Assembly: GCA_948744995.1 (NCBI GenBank)
Contig: CAPZCD010000001.1
Coordinates: 1 to 39,844, forward strand
Origin: an uncultured Rickettsiales bacterium
GTDB taxonomy: Bacteria > Pseudomonadota > Alphaproteobacteria > Rickettsiales > UBA1997
Length of the DNA stretch: 39,844 nt
Direction: 5' to 3'
Shown one piece after another: positions 9,504-19,282 of this stretch (position 1 is its first letter; every line of letters starts with the position of its first letter). The notes under the pieces were generated by a model. It worked only from the letters and a program-made list of their open reading frames with translations. It did not search any database and was not told where the DNA came from. The position numbers and the translations under genes are program-made.

Positions 9504-9927
9504 CTAATTTTAAAATTTTTTTTGATTTTAAAAAAAATAATTTTATTTTGCAAGGGTTTTATGTTGTTTATACGTTTTTTATAAAAATATTTGATTTATA
9601 TTCGTTATCATTGCATAAAATTGTATTTATAGTAGAAAATATTAAAATTTAATAGCTTTTCTAAGTAAAAATTTTAAGTATTATCAATTAAACAGTTTAT
9701 TCTAAATCTTTGTATACGTAAAAAGCATACAATTACCTATATATTATAATATAAAGTGTCAGCAATGTTATAGTTATTATATAATATGTCGAAATACATT
9801 GATAGTTATACCTACAAAAGTTTAAGATAAACTGTTTGAGTTACAATGCCTCAAAACCATTAGCCACAATTATTGTAAAAAACAAAATTAAATATAGACT
9901 GACGGCCAGTATTTTTAATTTTTAAGC

Positions 9928-11382
9928 ATGAATTACACCATAAAAGGCAACAAATTTGAATGGGAAGTAGTAATAGGTCTAGAAGTTCATTGCCAGATAA
10001 AGACAAAGAGTAAACTTTTTTCAAGAAGCTCAACAGAATTTGGAGCGAAGCAAAACGAATGCGTATCTTTTTTTGATTGTGCTATGCCAGGGCAATTACC
10101 GGTTACAAATAGACACTCGGTAGAACAGGCTATAAAGACAGGAATAGGACTAAATGCTGAATTCAATATGAAGTCGGAATTTGATCGTAAAAATTATTTT
10201 TATGCCGATTTACCGCAAGGTTATCAGATTACCCAGTTTTTCCATCCAATCATAAAAAGCGGCTGGTTAGAGATAAAACTTGATGATGGTAAAAAGAAAA
10301 TAAGAATACATGAAGCTCATCTGGAACAGGATGCAGGAAAATCAATACACGACCAAAATCCAACCTATAGTTTTATAGATTTAAATAGAGCTGGAACAAC
10401 TCTTTTGGAAATAGTATCTGAACCGGATATGAGAAGTCCAACAGAAGCTATGGAATATTTGAGAGAATTGAGGGCTTTAGTCAGAGCATTAGGTACCTGT
10501 GATGGTAATATGGACGAAGGTAGTATGCGATGTGACGCTAATGTTTCGGTTATGAAATTGGGTTCAAAAGAGTATGGGACAAGATGCGAAATAAAGAATG
10601 TAAATTCCATAAAGAACGTGGGTGATGCTATAGAATATGAAGCTAAAAGACAAATTAATCTTTTAGAACAAGATTCAACTATAGATCAGGAAACTAGAAA
10701 ATACGATGCTTTAACAGGTATAACTAAAACTATGAGAAGTAAAGAGGATGCTATAGATTATAGATACTTTCCTGAACCAGATTTGGCACCTTTGATAATA
10801 ACTCAAGAAATGATAGATAGGATTAAAGCCGATATGCCAGAATTGCCTGAAGCTAAAAAGGAGAGATATATTAACGAATATAAAATAAGTGAATATGATG
10901 CTAATGTTTTAACATCAAGTTCCTATGTTTCGGATTTTTTTGAAAAATTGGCAGAAAAGCACAATCCAAAGTTAGCTTCCAATTGGTTGACTTCTGAATT
11001 GTTTGGTAGATTAAATAAGATGGCGATTCCAATCGAAGAAAGCCTAGTTCAAGCAGACGAATTGTCGGAGTTACTTTTACTGATAGAGGATGAAACCATA
11101 TCCGGTAAAATAGCTAAAGATGTACTGGATTTAATGCTAGAAACCAATAAAAAAGCTTCAGTAATAGTTGAAGAAAAAGGTTTAAAACAAAATACAAATT
11201 CGGATGAGATAATTAAGCTTATAGATGAAGTAATAGCATCTAATCCAAAGCAAGTAGAGCAGTATAAATCTGGTAATGACAGGATTTTTGGATTTTTTGT
11301 AGGTCAACTTATGAAAATGAGCGGAGGCAAAATAAATCCAAAAATGGCGAATGATTTGTTAAAGGATAGATTGGGAAAGTAG
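9928..11382 (+). CDS. gatB: Asp/Glu-tRNA amidotransferase subunit B
   Basis: 484 aa. The blocks WEVVIGLEVHCQ, FDCAMPGQLPV, DRKNYFYADLPQGYQITQ, LEQDAGKS, MRCDANVSV and YRYFPEPDL, plus a C-terminal YqeY-like domain, identify GatB. No gatA or gatC is adjacent. Confidence 0.97.
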   Translation: MNYTIKGNKFEWEVVIGLEVHCQIKTKSKLFSRSSTEFGAKQNECVSFFDCAMPGQLPVTNRHSVEQAIKTGIGLNAEFNMKSEFDRKNYFYADLPQGYQITQFFHPIIKSGWLEIKLDDGKKKIRIHEAHLEQDAGKSIHDQNPTYSFIDLNRAGTTLLEIVSEPDMRSPTEAMEYLRELRALVRALGTCDGNMDEGSMRCDANVSVMKLGSKEYGTRCEIKNVNSIKNVGDAIEYEAKRQINLLEQDSTIDQETRKYDALTGITKTMRSKEDAIDYRYFPEPDLAPLIITQEMIDRIKADMPELPEAKKERYINEYKISEYDANVLTSSSYVSDFFEKLAEKHNPKLASNWLTSELFGRLNKMAIPIEESLVQADELSELLLLIEDETISGKIAKDVLDLMLETNKKASVIVEEKGLKQNTNSDEIIKLIDEVIASNPKQVEQYKSGNDRIFGFFVGQLMKMSGGKINPKMANDLLKDRLGK

Positions 11383-11466
11383 TTTAGTAATTGAACTTAC
11401 ACCAAACCGCTATAGTCAACAATAACATTGTAAAGTACTAAACAATACAAGTGTTGGAATTATAGT

Positions 11467-13320
11467 TTACTCCTCTTCCTCATTCTTAGAATATTTCTTC
11501 CTTTCAGCAGCAGTGAGATATTTTTTCCTCAACCTTAGACTTTTTGGAGTTACTTCCAAAAGTTCATCATCATTTATATATGTAATCATCTGTTCCAAAC
11601 TCATTTTTAGAGGTGGTGTTAATATAACGTTTTCGTCACTACCAGCCGCTCTAACATTCGTCAATTTTTTTGTCTTAAGAACATTTACAACTATATCATT
11701 ATCTCTAGAATGCTCACCAACTATCATACCTTCATAAACTTTATCATGTGGCGCAACAAACATTATTCCTCTATCCTGTATGTTAAACAGAGCATATGGC
11801 ACAGCCTCACCTTGATCTGTAGATATTAAAACGCCTTTACGTAGAGTCTGTATTTCCCCCTTATATTCCTGGTAAGAATGAAATGTTTTGTTAAGTACCC
11901 CAGTCCCTTTTGTATCAGTCATAAACTCACTCTGATAGCCAAGTAAGCCTCTGGATGGGGCCAAAAGTATCAGCCTAGTTTTTCCATGGCCACAAGGTTT
12001 CATTTCCTTAAGCTCAGCCTTTCTTTTACTTAATTTTTCAACAACACAACCACTAAATTCATCATCAACATCGATCACTACCTCTTCGATAGGTTCCAGT
12101 TTCCTACCATTTTCATCTGTATGGAATAATACTTTTGGTCTGCCAACTGACATTTCGTAACCTTCTCTCCTCATGGTTTCTATGAGAACACCCAGCTGTA
12201 ATTCACCCCTGCCACCAACTTCAAAACTATCAGCATCTTTTGTTTCCTTGACCTTTATAGCTACGTTACTTTCCTGCTCTGCTAGTAGTCTATCTCTCAA
12301 TAATCTTGAGGTAACTTTTGTTCCTTCTTTACCAGCCAGTGGTGAATCATTTACACTTATAGTTATAGCCATTGTAGGTGCATCGACCGGAGTTGATTTG
12401 ATTGGCTTATCTACAGTTATATCACAAATGGTGTCGGCAACGTTCGTATTTTCTAATCCAGCTATGGAGATTATATCACCTGCTTCTACTTCTTCTACAG
12501 GAACTTTTTTTATACCTCTAAATACAAACATCTTGGTTAACCTACCTCTTTCAACAAGTTCTCCAGCAAGATTTATAGCTTTTATAGGCATATTTATGGT
12601 TGCTTTACCACTATATACTTTTCCAGTTAAAACTCGTCCCACGTATTGATTATAGTCAAGAATTGTCGCTAGCATTGAAAATGGAGCGTTTTTATCAACT
12701 TCTGGCTCTTTTACATAATCTATTATCAGATCAAAAAGTGGTTTTAAATCTTTATGTTCGTCATTAAGATCTTTGACACACCAACCATCTCTACCAACTG
12801 CGTAAAGTGTTGGAAAATCCAGTTGCTCCTCAGTTGCATTTAGATTTACGAATAAATCAAAAATCTCATTTAGAACTTCATCTGGTCTAGCATCACCTCT
12901 ATCTATCTTATTAATTATTACTATTGGCTTTAGTCCTATAGCTAAGGCTTTTGACAGTACAAATTTAGTTTGTGGCATTGGACCTTCAGCAGCATCAACC
13001 AACAAAATTACACCGTCTACCATAGACAAAACACGTTCAACCTCCCCCCCAAAATCTGCATGTCCAGGTGTATCAACTATGTTTATTCTATTTTCATTAT
13101 ATTCTATGGAAGTACATTTAGCTAATATTGTTATTCCGCGCTCTTTTTCCAAATCACCACTATCCATAACTCTTTCATCTATTTGTTCATGTTGCGAAAA
13201 AGTTCCACTTTGTTTTAGTAATTGGTCTACCATAGTAGTTTTTCCGTGATCGACGTGCGCGATTATGGCTACGTTTCTTATACTCATAATTTTGTTGATA
13301 AATCGGACTATTGCATTCAT
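11467..13320 (-). CDS. typA: translational GTPase TypA/BipA
   Basis: 617 aa with IRNVAIIAHVDHGKTT, DTPGHADFGGEV, NKIDR and EF-G-like domains. The true start may be the internal ATG at 13287 (MSIRNVAII...), which matches the usual BipA N-terminus. Neither start has a clear SD. Confidence 0.95.
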   Translation of the reverse strand: MNAIVRFINKIMSIRNVAIIAHVDHGKTTMVDQLLKQSGTFSQHEQIDERVMDSGDLEKERGITILAKCTSIEYNENRINIVDTPGHADFGGEVERVLSMVDGVILLVDAAEGPMPQTKFVLSKALAIGLKPIVIINKIDRGDARPDEVLNEIFDLFVNLNATEEQLDFPTLYAVGRDGWCVKDLNDEHKDLKPLFDLIIDYVKEPEVDKNAPFSMLATILDYNQYVGRVLTGKVYSGKATINMPIKAINLAGELVERGRLTKMFVFRGIKKVPVEEVEAGDIISIAGLENTNVADTICDITVDKPIKSTPVDAPTMAITISVNDSPLAGKEGTKVTSRLLRDRLLAEQESNVAIKVKETKDADSFEVGGRGELQLGVLIETMRREGYEMSVGRPKVLFHTDENGRKLEPIEEVVIDVDDEFSGCVVEKLSKRKAELKEMKPCGHGKTRLILLAPSRGLLGYQSEFMTDTKGTGVLNKTFHSYQEYKGEIQTLRKGVLISTDQGEAVPYALFNIQDRGIMFVAPHDKVYEGMIVGEHSRDNDIVVNVLKTKKLTNVRAAGSDENVILTPPLKMSLEQMITYINDDELLEVTPKSLRLRKKYLTAAERKKYSKNEEEE

Positions 13321-13465
13321 TATACACTATTTGAAATAAAAAACAACTTGTTGGATGTTTTGAGAACGGTTTTTTGACGATAATTATCTGACTAATTTGA
13401 GAATTATTTCTAAATATTCTATCGTTTAGATAAAAAATGTTGATTTAATTTATTTAGTAATATTT

Positions 13466-13673
13466 CATACCTTCTGAGTTGGGGTAAAAAATAAATTTGT
13501 AGTCATTACAGGCAAACAACTCCGATGCAAGCACGCGAGGTATTATTGGAATAAATTTATAGTCGTTACTAATAAAATTATATAATAAATATATCTAAAC
13601 ATAAATTTTGTATTTAGATCAAACTAATACTTTGTATTAAATGCTCTATATGCTTGCACCAGAATTGTTTGCT
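13466..13673. repeat. intergenic repeat element, copy A (nested inverted repeats)
   Basis: This copy is homologous to 39446-39592. It has a core imperfect palindrome ATCTAAACATAAA-T-TTTGTATTTAGAT (13593-13619). An outer 23-nt inverted pair, GGCAAACAACTCCGATGCAAGCA (13511-13533) and TGCTTGCACCAGAATTGTTTGCT (13651-13673), makes 19 WC pairs plus 1 GT. The AATAAATTT(G/A)TAGTC(A/G)TTAC motif is duplicated. Confidence 0.6.
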
Positions 13674-13702
13674 AGATGGTAATTTCCAAAATATCCTTTA
13701 AA

Positions 13703-14344
13703 TTAGACCCCAACAAAATCCTTAGGTTTTATATTCCAATCGATAACTTTCCAGAATTCGTTATTATGATTTTTTTCAAAGATACATAAAGCAGAAGTCG
13801 ATATTTTTATGTTATAATTTTTACTGAAATTTTTAAAATCGCCAGTCAGATATGGTGCAAACCTTGCTATACCATTACTGGTGAAAACCATAATTATTTT
13901 ATCTGCATATTTATCTTCAATCATTTTGGCAAAATCATGCCAGTTTTGTATGGCTTTTTTAGGATTAAATATCCAGCCTTCCGGTACTATAGCATCCTTA
14001 TCCCATTTTTCCAAAGCATCCTTTCCAATCCTAGCTATGACTTCGTCTTCAGTTTGCGCCTCATCCGGTCCATAATCTATTTCATTAAATATTTTACTTT
14101 TTTCAATGTCGGCTACTATCCCAGCTTCTTTAAATGCTATTTCAGCTGTCTGATATGTTCTTTTTAATTCTGACGCAAAAACCTTGTCGGGTACAATATT
14201 TTTCAATTTTAGGTATTTACCTAATAATACTGCTTGCTCTCTGCCACTACTGGAAAGTGGTAAATCAGTTCTACAACCAACTCTTAAGCATACTTCTCCC
14301 TTGTCAAAAGTATTGCCATGTCTAACTATTATTAATTTAGTCAC
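13703..14344 (-). CDS. histidine phosphatase family protein (phosphoglycerate-mutase-like)
   Basis: 213 aa. It has the N-terminal LIIVRHGNT catalytic RHG motif, LSSSGREQA and SELKRTYQTAE, which are typical of the GpmB/cofactor-dependent PGM superfamily. The substrate is not inferable. Confidence 0.85.
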   Translation of the reverse strand: MTKLIIVRHGNTFDKGEVCLRVGCRTDLPLSSSGREQAVLLGKYLKLKNIVPDKVFASELKRTYQTAEIAFKEAGIVADIEKSKIFNEIDYGPDEAQTEDEVIARIGKDALEKWDKDAIVPEGWIFNPKKAIQNWHDFAKMIEDKYADKIIMVFTSNGIARFAPYLTGDFKNFSKNYNIKISTSALCIFEKNHNNEFWKVIDWNIKPKDFVGV

Positions 14345-14487
14345 TTCTAATTAATTTATGTTTTTTATGTTTGGACAAAGCTTATTAGCTTGTTTTTTAA
14401 ATTAAATAGGTTGATATCAATAATTACATCTTTACTTTCCTTTTTAAAATAGTATAATATAAACCATATAGTTTACCTACCAGTATA

Positions 14488-15033
14488 ATGACTGAACAAC
14501 TTGAAGAAGCAGCGACTTCTATAGATGATAAAATAGAAGGTACAGACGACAATAATCGGGTAGTAGCAGAAGCTACTGACAACAAAGAAATACAAAAAGA
14601 GGAGAAGTCGGAGGTTGAGGATGAAGTTGAAGAGGAAGAAAGAGTTGAACCTAAAAATGATAATGAAACTGATGATGAACCCAAAATTGAAAATGAAACA
14701 GAAATTAAAGCTGAAGATGAAGATGAGAGAGAAACAACAAGCAATTCGGCCATCAATATAGATTTTAGTTCCATAAACTACAAGGATTTTGAGAAGATAG
14801 ATCAGGAGCAGATAGATCTTTACTATATGTTGAATGACAATAAAAATAATGCTGAGTTTTTGAATGAAGATCTCGTAGCTCTAAGTAAAAGAGAAGAAGA
14901 AATTAAAGCATTAAAAGAGAAGGAGAAGGAAGAATTTGATTTTAAAATGGAGGAACTAGTTAGTGACGGAGATGAGGTCAAGGTTGATTTAACCGGAATA
15001 ATTGATGATTTAGAAATAGAAAAAGAGAAATAA
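14488..15033 (+). CDS. highly acidic E/D-rich hypothetical protein upstream of ruvB
   Basis: 181 aa starting at an ATG 30 nt after a TATAAT (14453-14458). It ends 5 nt before ruvB in the position usually held by ruvA, but shows no RuvA-like sequence. Low complexity makes the coding call less certain. Confidence 0.5.
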   Translation: MTEQLEEAATSIDDKIEGTDDNNRVVAEATDNKEIQKEEKSEVEDEVEEEERVEPKNDNETDDEPKIENETEIKAEDEDERETTSNSAINIDFSSINYKDFEKIDQEQIDLYYMLNDNKNNAEFLNEDLVALSKREEEIKALKEKEKEEFDFKMEELVSDGDEVKVDLTGIIDDLEIEKEK

Positions 15034-15038
15034 TAAAT

Positions 15039-16076
15039 ATGAATCTGAATGACAATATAGTTAAAGACACTAATAAAAATGAACTTGATGCTGGTCTAGA
15101 AAATTCCTTAAGACCACTAAATCTTAATGATTTTATAGGGCAAGAAGATACAAAGCATAATTTAAAGGTATTTCTAGAAGCGGCTAAAATCAGAAGTGAA
15201 AGTTTAGATCATACATTATTTTACGGTCCTCCAGGTTTAGGAAAAACGACCTTGTCACATATAATCGCAAATGAACTGGGAGTTGGTTTCAAAAGTACAT
15301 CAGGGCCGATTTTGTCTAAAGCAGGGGATTTAGCAGCCATATTAACAAACCTTCAACCTAACGATGTTCTCTTCATAGATGAAATACATAGATTACATAG
15401 CACCGTCGAAGAGATTTTATATTCCGCTATGGAAGATTTTAAACTTGATATAATAATAGGAGAAGGACCTGCTGCTAGGACCATAAAGATTGATCTACCA
15501 AAATTTACACTTGTTGCTGCGACTACTAGGCTTGGACTTTTATCAAATCCGCTAAGGGACAGGTTTGGGATACCACTTAAGTTGAATTTTTATAGGCCAA
15601 ATGAATTGGCTAAGATAATAAATAGAGACGCACAGATACTTAATACAAAAATAGATGATGATGGTGCTCTAGAGATAGCTAAAAGATCAAGGGGAACGGC
15701 GCGAATAGCTATAAGGCTGCTGAAGAGAGTTAGAGATTTCGCGATAGTAGCAGGTAAAAGTGTTATAGATAAAGAAATAGTCAATTTATCTTTGAATAGA
15801 TTAAATATAGATAAAATTGGTTTGGATAGCTCCGATATAAAATATTTGATGTTTATAGTGAATAATTACCGTGGCGGTCCAGTTGGTATTGATACCATAT
15901 CGGCCGGTTTGTCAGAAGAACGTGATTCAATAGAAGATACTATAGAACCATACCTTATCCAGTGTGGCTTTCTAAATAAAACTCCAAAAGGTAGAGTACT
16001 TACAGATGTGGCTTATAATCATCTGGAAATCAAAAGGGATGTTTCTACCGAAGTTAATCCAAATCTATTTGACTAG
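15039..16076 (+). CDS. ruvB: Holliday junction branch migration helicase RuvB
   Basis: 345 aa with LRP..L.DFIGQ, Walker [10 protein letters not shown], Walker [10 protein letters not shown], sensor ATTR and RGTARIA.RLL.RVRD. Confidence 0.97.
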   Translation: MNLNDNIVKDTNKNELDAGLENSLRPLNLNDFIGQEDTKHNLKVFLEAAKIRSESLDHTLFYGPPGLGKTTLSHIIANELGVGFKSTSGPILSKAGDLAAILTNLQPNDVLFIDEIHRLHSTVEEILYSAMEDFKLDIIIGEGPAARTIKIDLPKFTLVAATTRLGLLSNPLRDRFGIPLKLNFYRPNELAKIINRDAQILNTKIDDDGALEIAKRSRGTARIAIRLLKRVRDFAIVAGKSVIDKEIVNLSLNRLNIDKIGLDSSDIKYLMFIVNNYRGGPVGIDTISAGLSEERDSIEDTIEPYLIQCGFLNKTPKGRVLTDVAYNHLEIKRDVSTEVNPNLFD

Positions 16077-16085
16077 TTTCTATTT

Positions 16086-17105
16086 TTATTTTTTATTTTT
16101 ATATATTTTTTGTTTCAACAATTCTATCTGTTTAAGGTGTTCACTGTAGTTACTGGAGAAAGTATGACCACCTTCTCCGTCTTTAACGAAAAATAGGTAT
16201 TTTGTTTCTGTCGGATCAAGTACGGATATTATAGAGTCCCGCCCAGGGTTACATATAGCTGTTTTCGGCAATCCAGTTATTCGATAGGTGTTGAATTCAT
16301 TTTTTTGTTTTATCAGAAGGTTAGTTTTTATCTCTTTTTCTTTTGTTACATCACCTTTAGCATAAGCATAAATAGCTGTTGGATCCGATTGAAGACGCAT
16401 ATTTATTTTTAGCCTATTCAGAAAAACTGATGCTATTAGTTTTCTTTCGGTTGGTATTCCTGTTTCTTTTTCTATTATTGATGCCAATATCACCAAATCC
16501 CGCTTAGTTTTTACATAATTATTATTATATTTACCCCACACTGTGTCCAGAAAACTTTCCATACTTTTCTGCATTCTCGTTATAATTGAATTCCTAGTAT
16601 CACCTCTCTGAAATTTATAGGTATCAGGCATTAATGTTCCCTCTTCAATAAAGTCTTTATCTTTTATTTCTCCACTAAGAAATTCATTTGATTCAAGCAA
16701 ATTAAATATTGAATTATTTGAAAAACCTTCTGGTATAGTTATGGTTCTGTAATAAATATCGTGGTTTTTAAATTTTTTTAGTATACCCAAATATGTACTG
16801 TCTTTTTCAATTTTGTATTCCCCATATTTTATGGTTTTATTCCAAAAGAATAACCTAATCACTATTCTAAATATTTTTGGCTTTTCTATCAGTTTTTCTT
16901 GGTAGAGTTTGTCTGCCACATAATTTAATGATGAATTTTTTCCGATATAAAATATGCTTTCTTTATCAACTTTTGCATCTAAATATTTTGTCGCATATAG
17001 TAATACCACTAATGGTAAGAATAGGATAAATATTATTATTTTCTTCAAAAAAATGAATTTTATGTTAGAATAATTACATATTAGAAATTTTTTGTTAATT
17101 TTCAA
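16086..17105 (-). CDS. mltG: endolytic murein transglycosylase MltG (YceG family)
   Basis: 339 aa. It has an N-terminal TM anchor, TIPEG, LASIIEKETG, VFLNRL...MRLQSDPT and the C-terminal YNTY...GLP..PI.NPG block characteristic of YceG/MltG. Confidence 0.9.
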   Translation of the reverse strand: MKINKKFLICNYSNIKFIFLKKIIIFILFLPLVVLLYATKYLDAKVDKESIFYIGKNSSLNYVADKLYQEKLIEKPKIFRIVIRLFFWNKTIKYGEYKIEKDSTYLGILKKFKNHDIYYRTITIPEGFSNNSIFNLLESNEFLSGEIKDKDFIEEGTLMPDTYKFQRGDTRNSIITRMQKSMESFLDTVWGKYNNNYVKTKRDLVILASIIEKETGIPTERKLIASVFLNRLKINMRLQSDPTAIYAYAKGDVTKEKEIKTNLLIKQKNEFNTYRITGLPKTAICNPGRDSIISVLDPTETKYLFFVKDGEGGHTFSSNYSEHLKQIELLKQKIYKNKK

Positions 17106-17322
17106 TATTATATTAAATATAAAAAGTTTTTAACAAAAACTGGGGCTAAAAAGAAAGGAATTTTTAGGATAAAGTAAATTCTTCTTATTGGATATGTGTC
17201 ATTTATAGTAATATAATGTATAATAGCAGTTATTTTCTGCATATTTATAATATATATAACATCTTGATTTTAATTTTTTTATATATATAATTATACTATA
17301 TAACAACTTCTAACATATCGTT

Positions 17323-19101
17323 ATGCGCCTAAAGAAAAAGTCAATTTTAAAAAGAGCAATCTCTTTCTTCATATCCTATTCCCTAATCTTCAACAATTTG
17401 CTATATGCTTCATTACCTATAGCAGCATCTGGTAATAATAAAGAAGCTAAAGTATATAATCTTGAGAAAGAAGATGAAGAAATAGAAACAAACAGAAATA
17501 GTAGTATAAATTTACCTCGCACATCAGTTGACTCTGAAGAATTTAAATATATACTTTCTTTTATAAGAGAAAATATAATGATTAATAAAATTATAAATAG
17601 TGAAAAATTTAGAAAAAGATTCTACAAAGCGTCTAATTTAAAGTTAGAAGAATTAACCAAACTACTCGAAAAATCAGCAAAGGCAATAATAACACAAGAA
17701 TCAAATAAAACGAAAGAAGAAACAAAAGTTAGAGTTCTTCTATATAATGAGGATAATGATGTGCGAGGCTATTCGTTTAACCCTAGTTCCAATCTGGAAA
17801 CAAGAACAATAGGAATAAACATAAAAAATCATAATATGACAGACTCAGCCGATCTAGTAGAAACTATATTTCATGAATCTTATGATGAAAAGAAACATAC
17901 CAATAATGAACTGTCAGCTATAAGATTCGGCCGATATGCTAGAGGGCTATGGGATATAGTAGTTAGAGTAAATAATTTTACTTATTTGGGAAATAGTTCC
18001 AATTTTACCAATATAAATATTAGTGATCCAAGAATTGAGGATGCTACAAAAGAAACAAAGAAAATATATAAAAAGGTAAAAACATTAGGTTATAAAGCGG
18101 GAATATTCAATGAAGCTAAGATTATGGCGAGAGTTTTGGATTATAAGTGGTTAGAGGAATATTGTAAAAATAATCCAAATAAATGTATAACTAAACCTGA
18201 ACCATCGTTTAGCCTTATTCACTATGAAATCTTTTTTGAAGATGAAAAAGGTGGGCATATAGGATTCTTTGCTGATGGTTTTCCTAAAGGAATTTTTAAG
18301 GAGGGACTGATAAAACCAGATGATGAAATTAATATAGAAAAATACAATCAGGTAATTATGGACAATTTAGATGATAAAATTATGAGAGAAGCAATAGATT
18401 TGGCAATAAAGGAAGGAATTAAAAAATATGGCCTTACTCACCATTGCCAACATTTTGCAATGGATGATGTTATGCCAAGATACAATGAAATTTATAATCA
18501 TAGAAAAATGATTGCCAAACTTGAAGTTAAACTCGGTGATAAAATTGGTGGAATTAAAGATGAATTCGGTGCTGGTCTTGATGCTAGACCTAGAGCAGAA
18601 TTTGATAATAGACCTGGTGGTATTGGTAATGGACTCGGTAATGGAGTTGGTGGATTAGGTGGTAATGGTTTTGGTAACGGATTTGATATAGGTGGTGGTA
18701 TTGGTAACAGACCTGGAGGAATAGGATTTGATAATAGACCTGGCGGGTTTAGGGATGGTTTAGGTGCCAGACCTAGAGCAGAATTTGATAATAGGCCTGG
18801 TGGTATTGGTAATGGAGCTGGTGGACTCGGTGGTATTGGTGGTCTAGGTAACGGACCAGGTGGAGTTAGAGGTGAGCTTGGCGCCGGACTTGGTGCCATG
18901 CTTGATGCTGGGCTTGGTCCCGGTGGTAGATTTGGAGGAGAACCCGGAGGAGTAGGAAATAATAATAGGCCTGGTGGATTTGGTGGAGGTGGATGGAATC
19001 CTGGAGCTGGTGGTTTTGGTGGAGGAGGCTTTGGTAATGGACCTAATGGATTCGGCGGAATGAACTTCGGTGGTGGTCCAGGTGGTTTTGGTAGATTTTA
19101 G
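17323..19101 (+). CDS. secreted protein with unknown ~400-aa N-terminal domain and repetitive Gly-rich (NRPGG / GGFG) C-terminal tail
   Basis: 592 aa with the Sec signal MRLKKKSILKRAISFFISYSLIFNNLLYASLPIAAS. From ~aa 405 (DKIGGIKDEFGAGL) to the end it is almost only G/N/R/P/F/L repeats, ending GGPGGFGRF. The 3' part is duplicated twice downstream. Confidence 0.75.
   Translation: MRLKKKSILKRAISFFISYSLIFNNLLYASLPIAASGNNKEAKVYNLEKEDEEIETNRNSSINLPRTSVDSEEFKYILSFIRENIMINKIINSEKFRKRFYKASNLKLEELTKLLEKSAKAIITQESNKTKEETKVRVLLYNEDNDVRGYSFNPSSNLETRTIGINIKNHNMTDSADLVETIFHESYDEKKHTNNELSAIRFGRYARGLWDIVVRVNNFTYLGNSSNFTNINISDPRIEDATKETKKIYKKVKTLGYKAGIFNEAKIMARVLDYKWLEEYCKNNPNKCITKPEPSFSLIHYEIFFEDEKGGHIGFFADGFPKGIFKEGLIKPDDEINIEKYNQVIMDNLDDKIMREAIDLAIKEGIKKYGLTHHCQHFAMDDVMPRYNEIYNHRKMIAKLEVKLGDKIGGIKDEFGAGLDARPRAEFDNRPGGIGNGLGNGVGGLGGNGFGNGFDIGGGIGNRPGGIGFDNRPGGFRDGLGARPRAEFDNRPGGIGNGAGGLGGIGGLGNGPGGVRGELGAGLGAMLDAGLGPGGRFGGEPGGVGNNNRPGGFGGGGWNPGAGGFGGGGFGNGPNGFGGMNFGGGPGGFGRF
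18583..18816 (+). repeat. in-frame 51-bp direct repeat pair inside the Gly-rich tail
   Basis: 18583-18633 and 18766-18816 (GC(T/C)AGACCTAGAGCAGAATTTGATAATAG(A/G)CCTGGTGGTATTGGTAATGGA) differ at 2 positions. The offset is 183 nt, or 61 codons. Both encode ARPRAEFDNRPGGIGNG. Confidence 0.85.
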
Positions 19102-19282
19102 TATTTTAAGGAGAATATTGTATGTTCAGTGTTATAGTTGAAATGATTAATATTTTTTTAGGTATTTTTTGCTGGGGTGTGATCTATTTTGGTCGGTTTT
19201 TTGATACTTTATATCTGTGGATTTTGATTATAGTTAATGTTATTTCAAATTATTTAACTTTTGGTTTTAAAAATGTAAATGT
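18892..19282 (+). repeat. 391-bp direct repeat, copy 1 (tail 3' end + intergenic + 5' end of membrane-protein gene)
   Basis: It aligns without indels to 20648-21038, with about 15 mismatches by eye, 13 of them in the Gly-rich coding part. Weaker similarity continues to ~19320 and ~21088. Confidence 0.9.

Noticed and set aside
9037-9652. Plus-strand ORFs at 9037-9243 and 9365-9652.
   Set aside because: They are antisense to or overlap rpe and run into the AT-rich spacer. They have no SD and are low-complexity.
12173-12649. A 158-aa plus-strand ORF lies inside typA, and other short ORFs are antisense to gatB, ruvB, gap, nrdD, radC and the giant gene.
   Set aside because: All are nested antisense to well-supported genes, and none has an SD or recognisable motifs.
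14424-14774. A 116-aa Ser/Leu-rich ORF lies on the minus strand.
   Set aside because: It is the antisense reading of the GAA/GAT-rich acidic ORF, so it is purely a compositional artefact.
18498-18899. A 133-aa Pro-rich ORF lies on the minus strand.
   Set aside because: It is the antisense reading of GGN-rich Gly codons (CCN). The plus-strand ORF has a signal peptide and a long unique domain.
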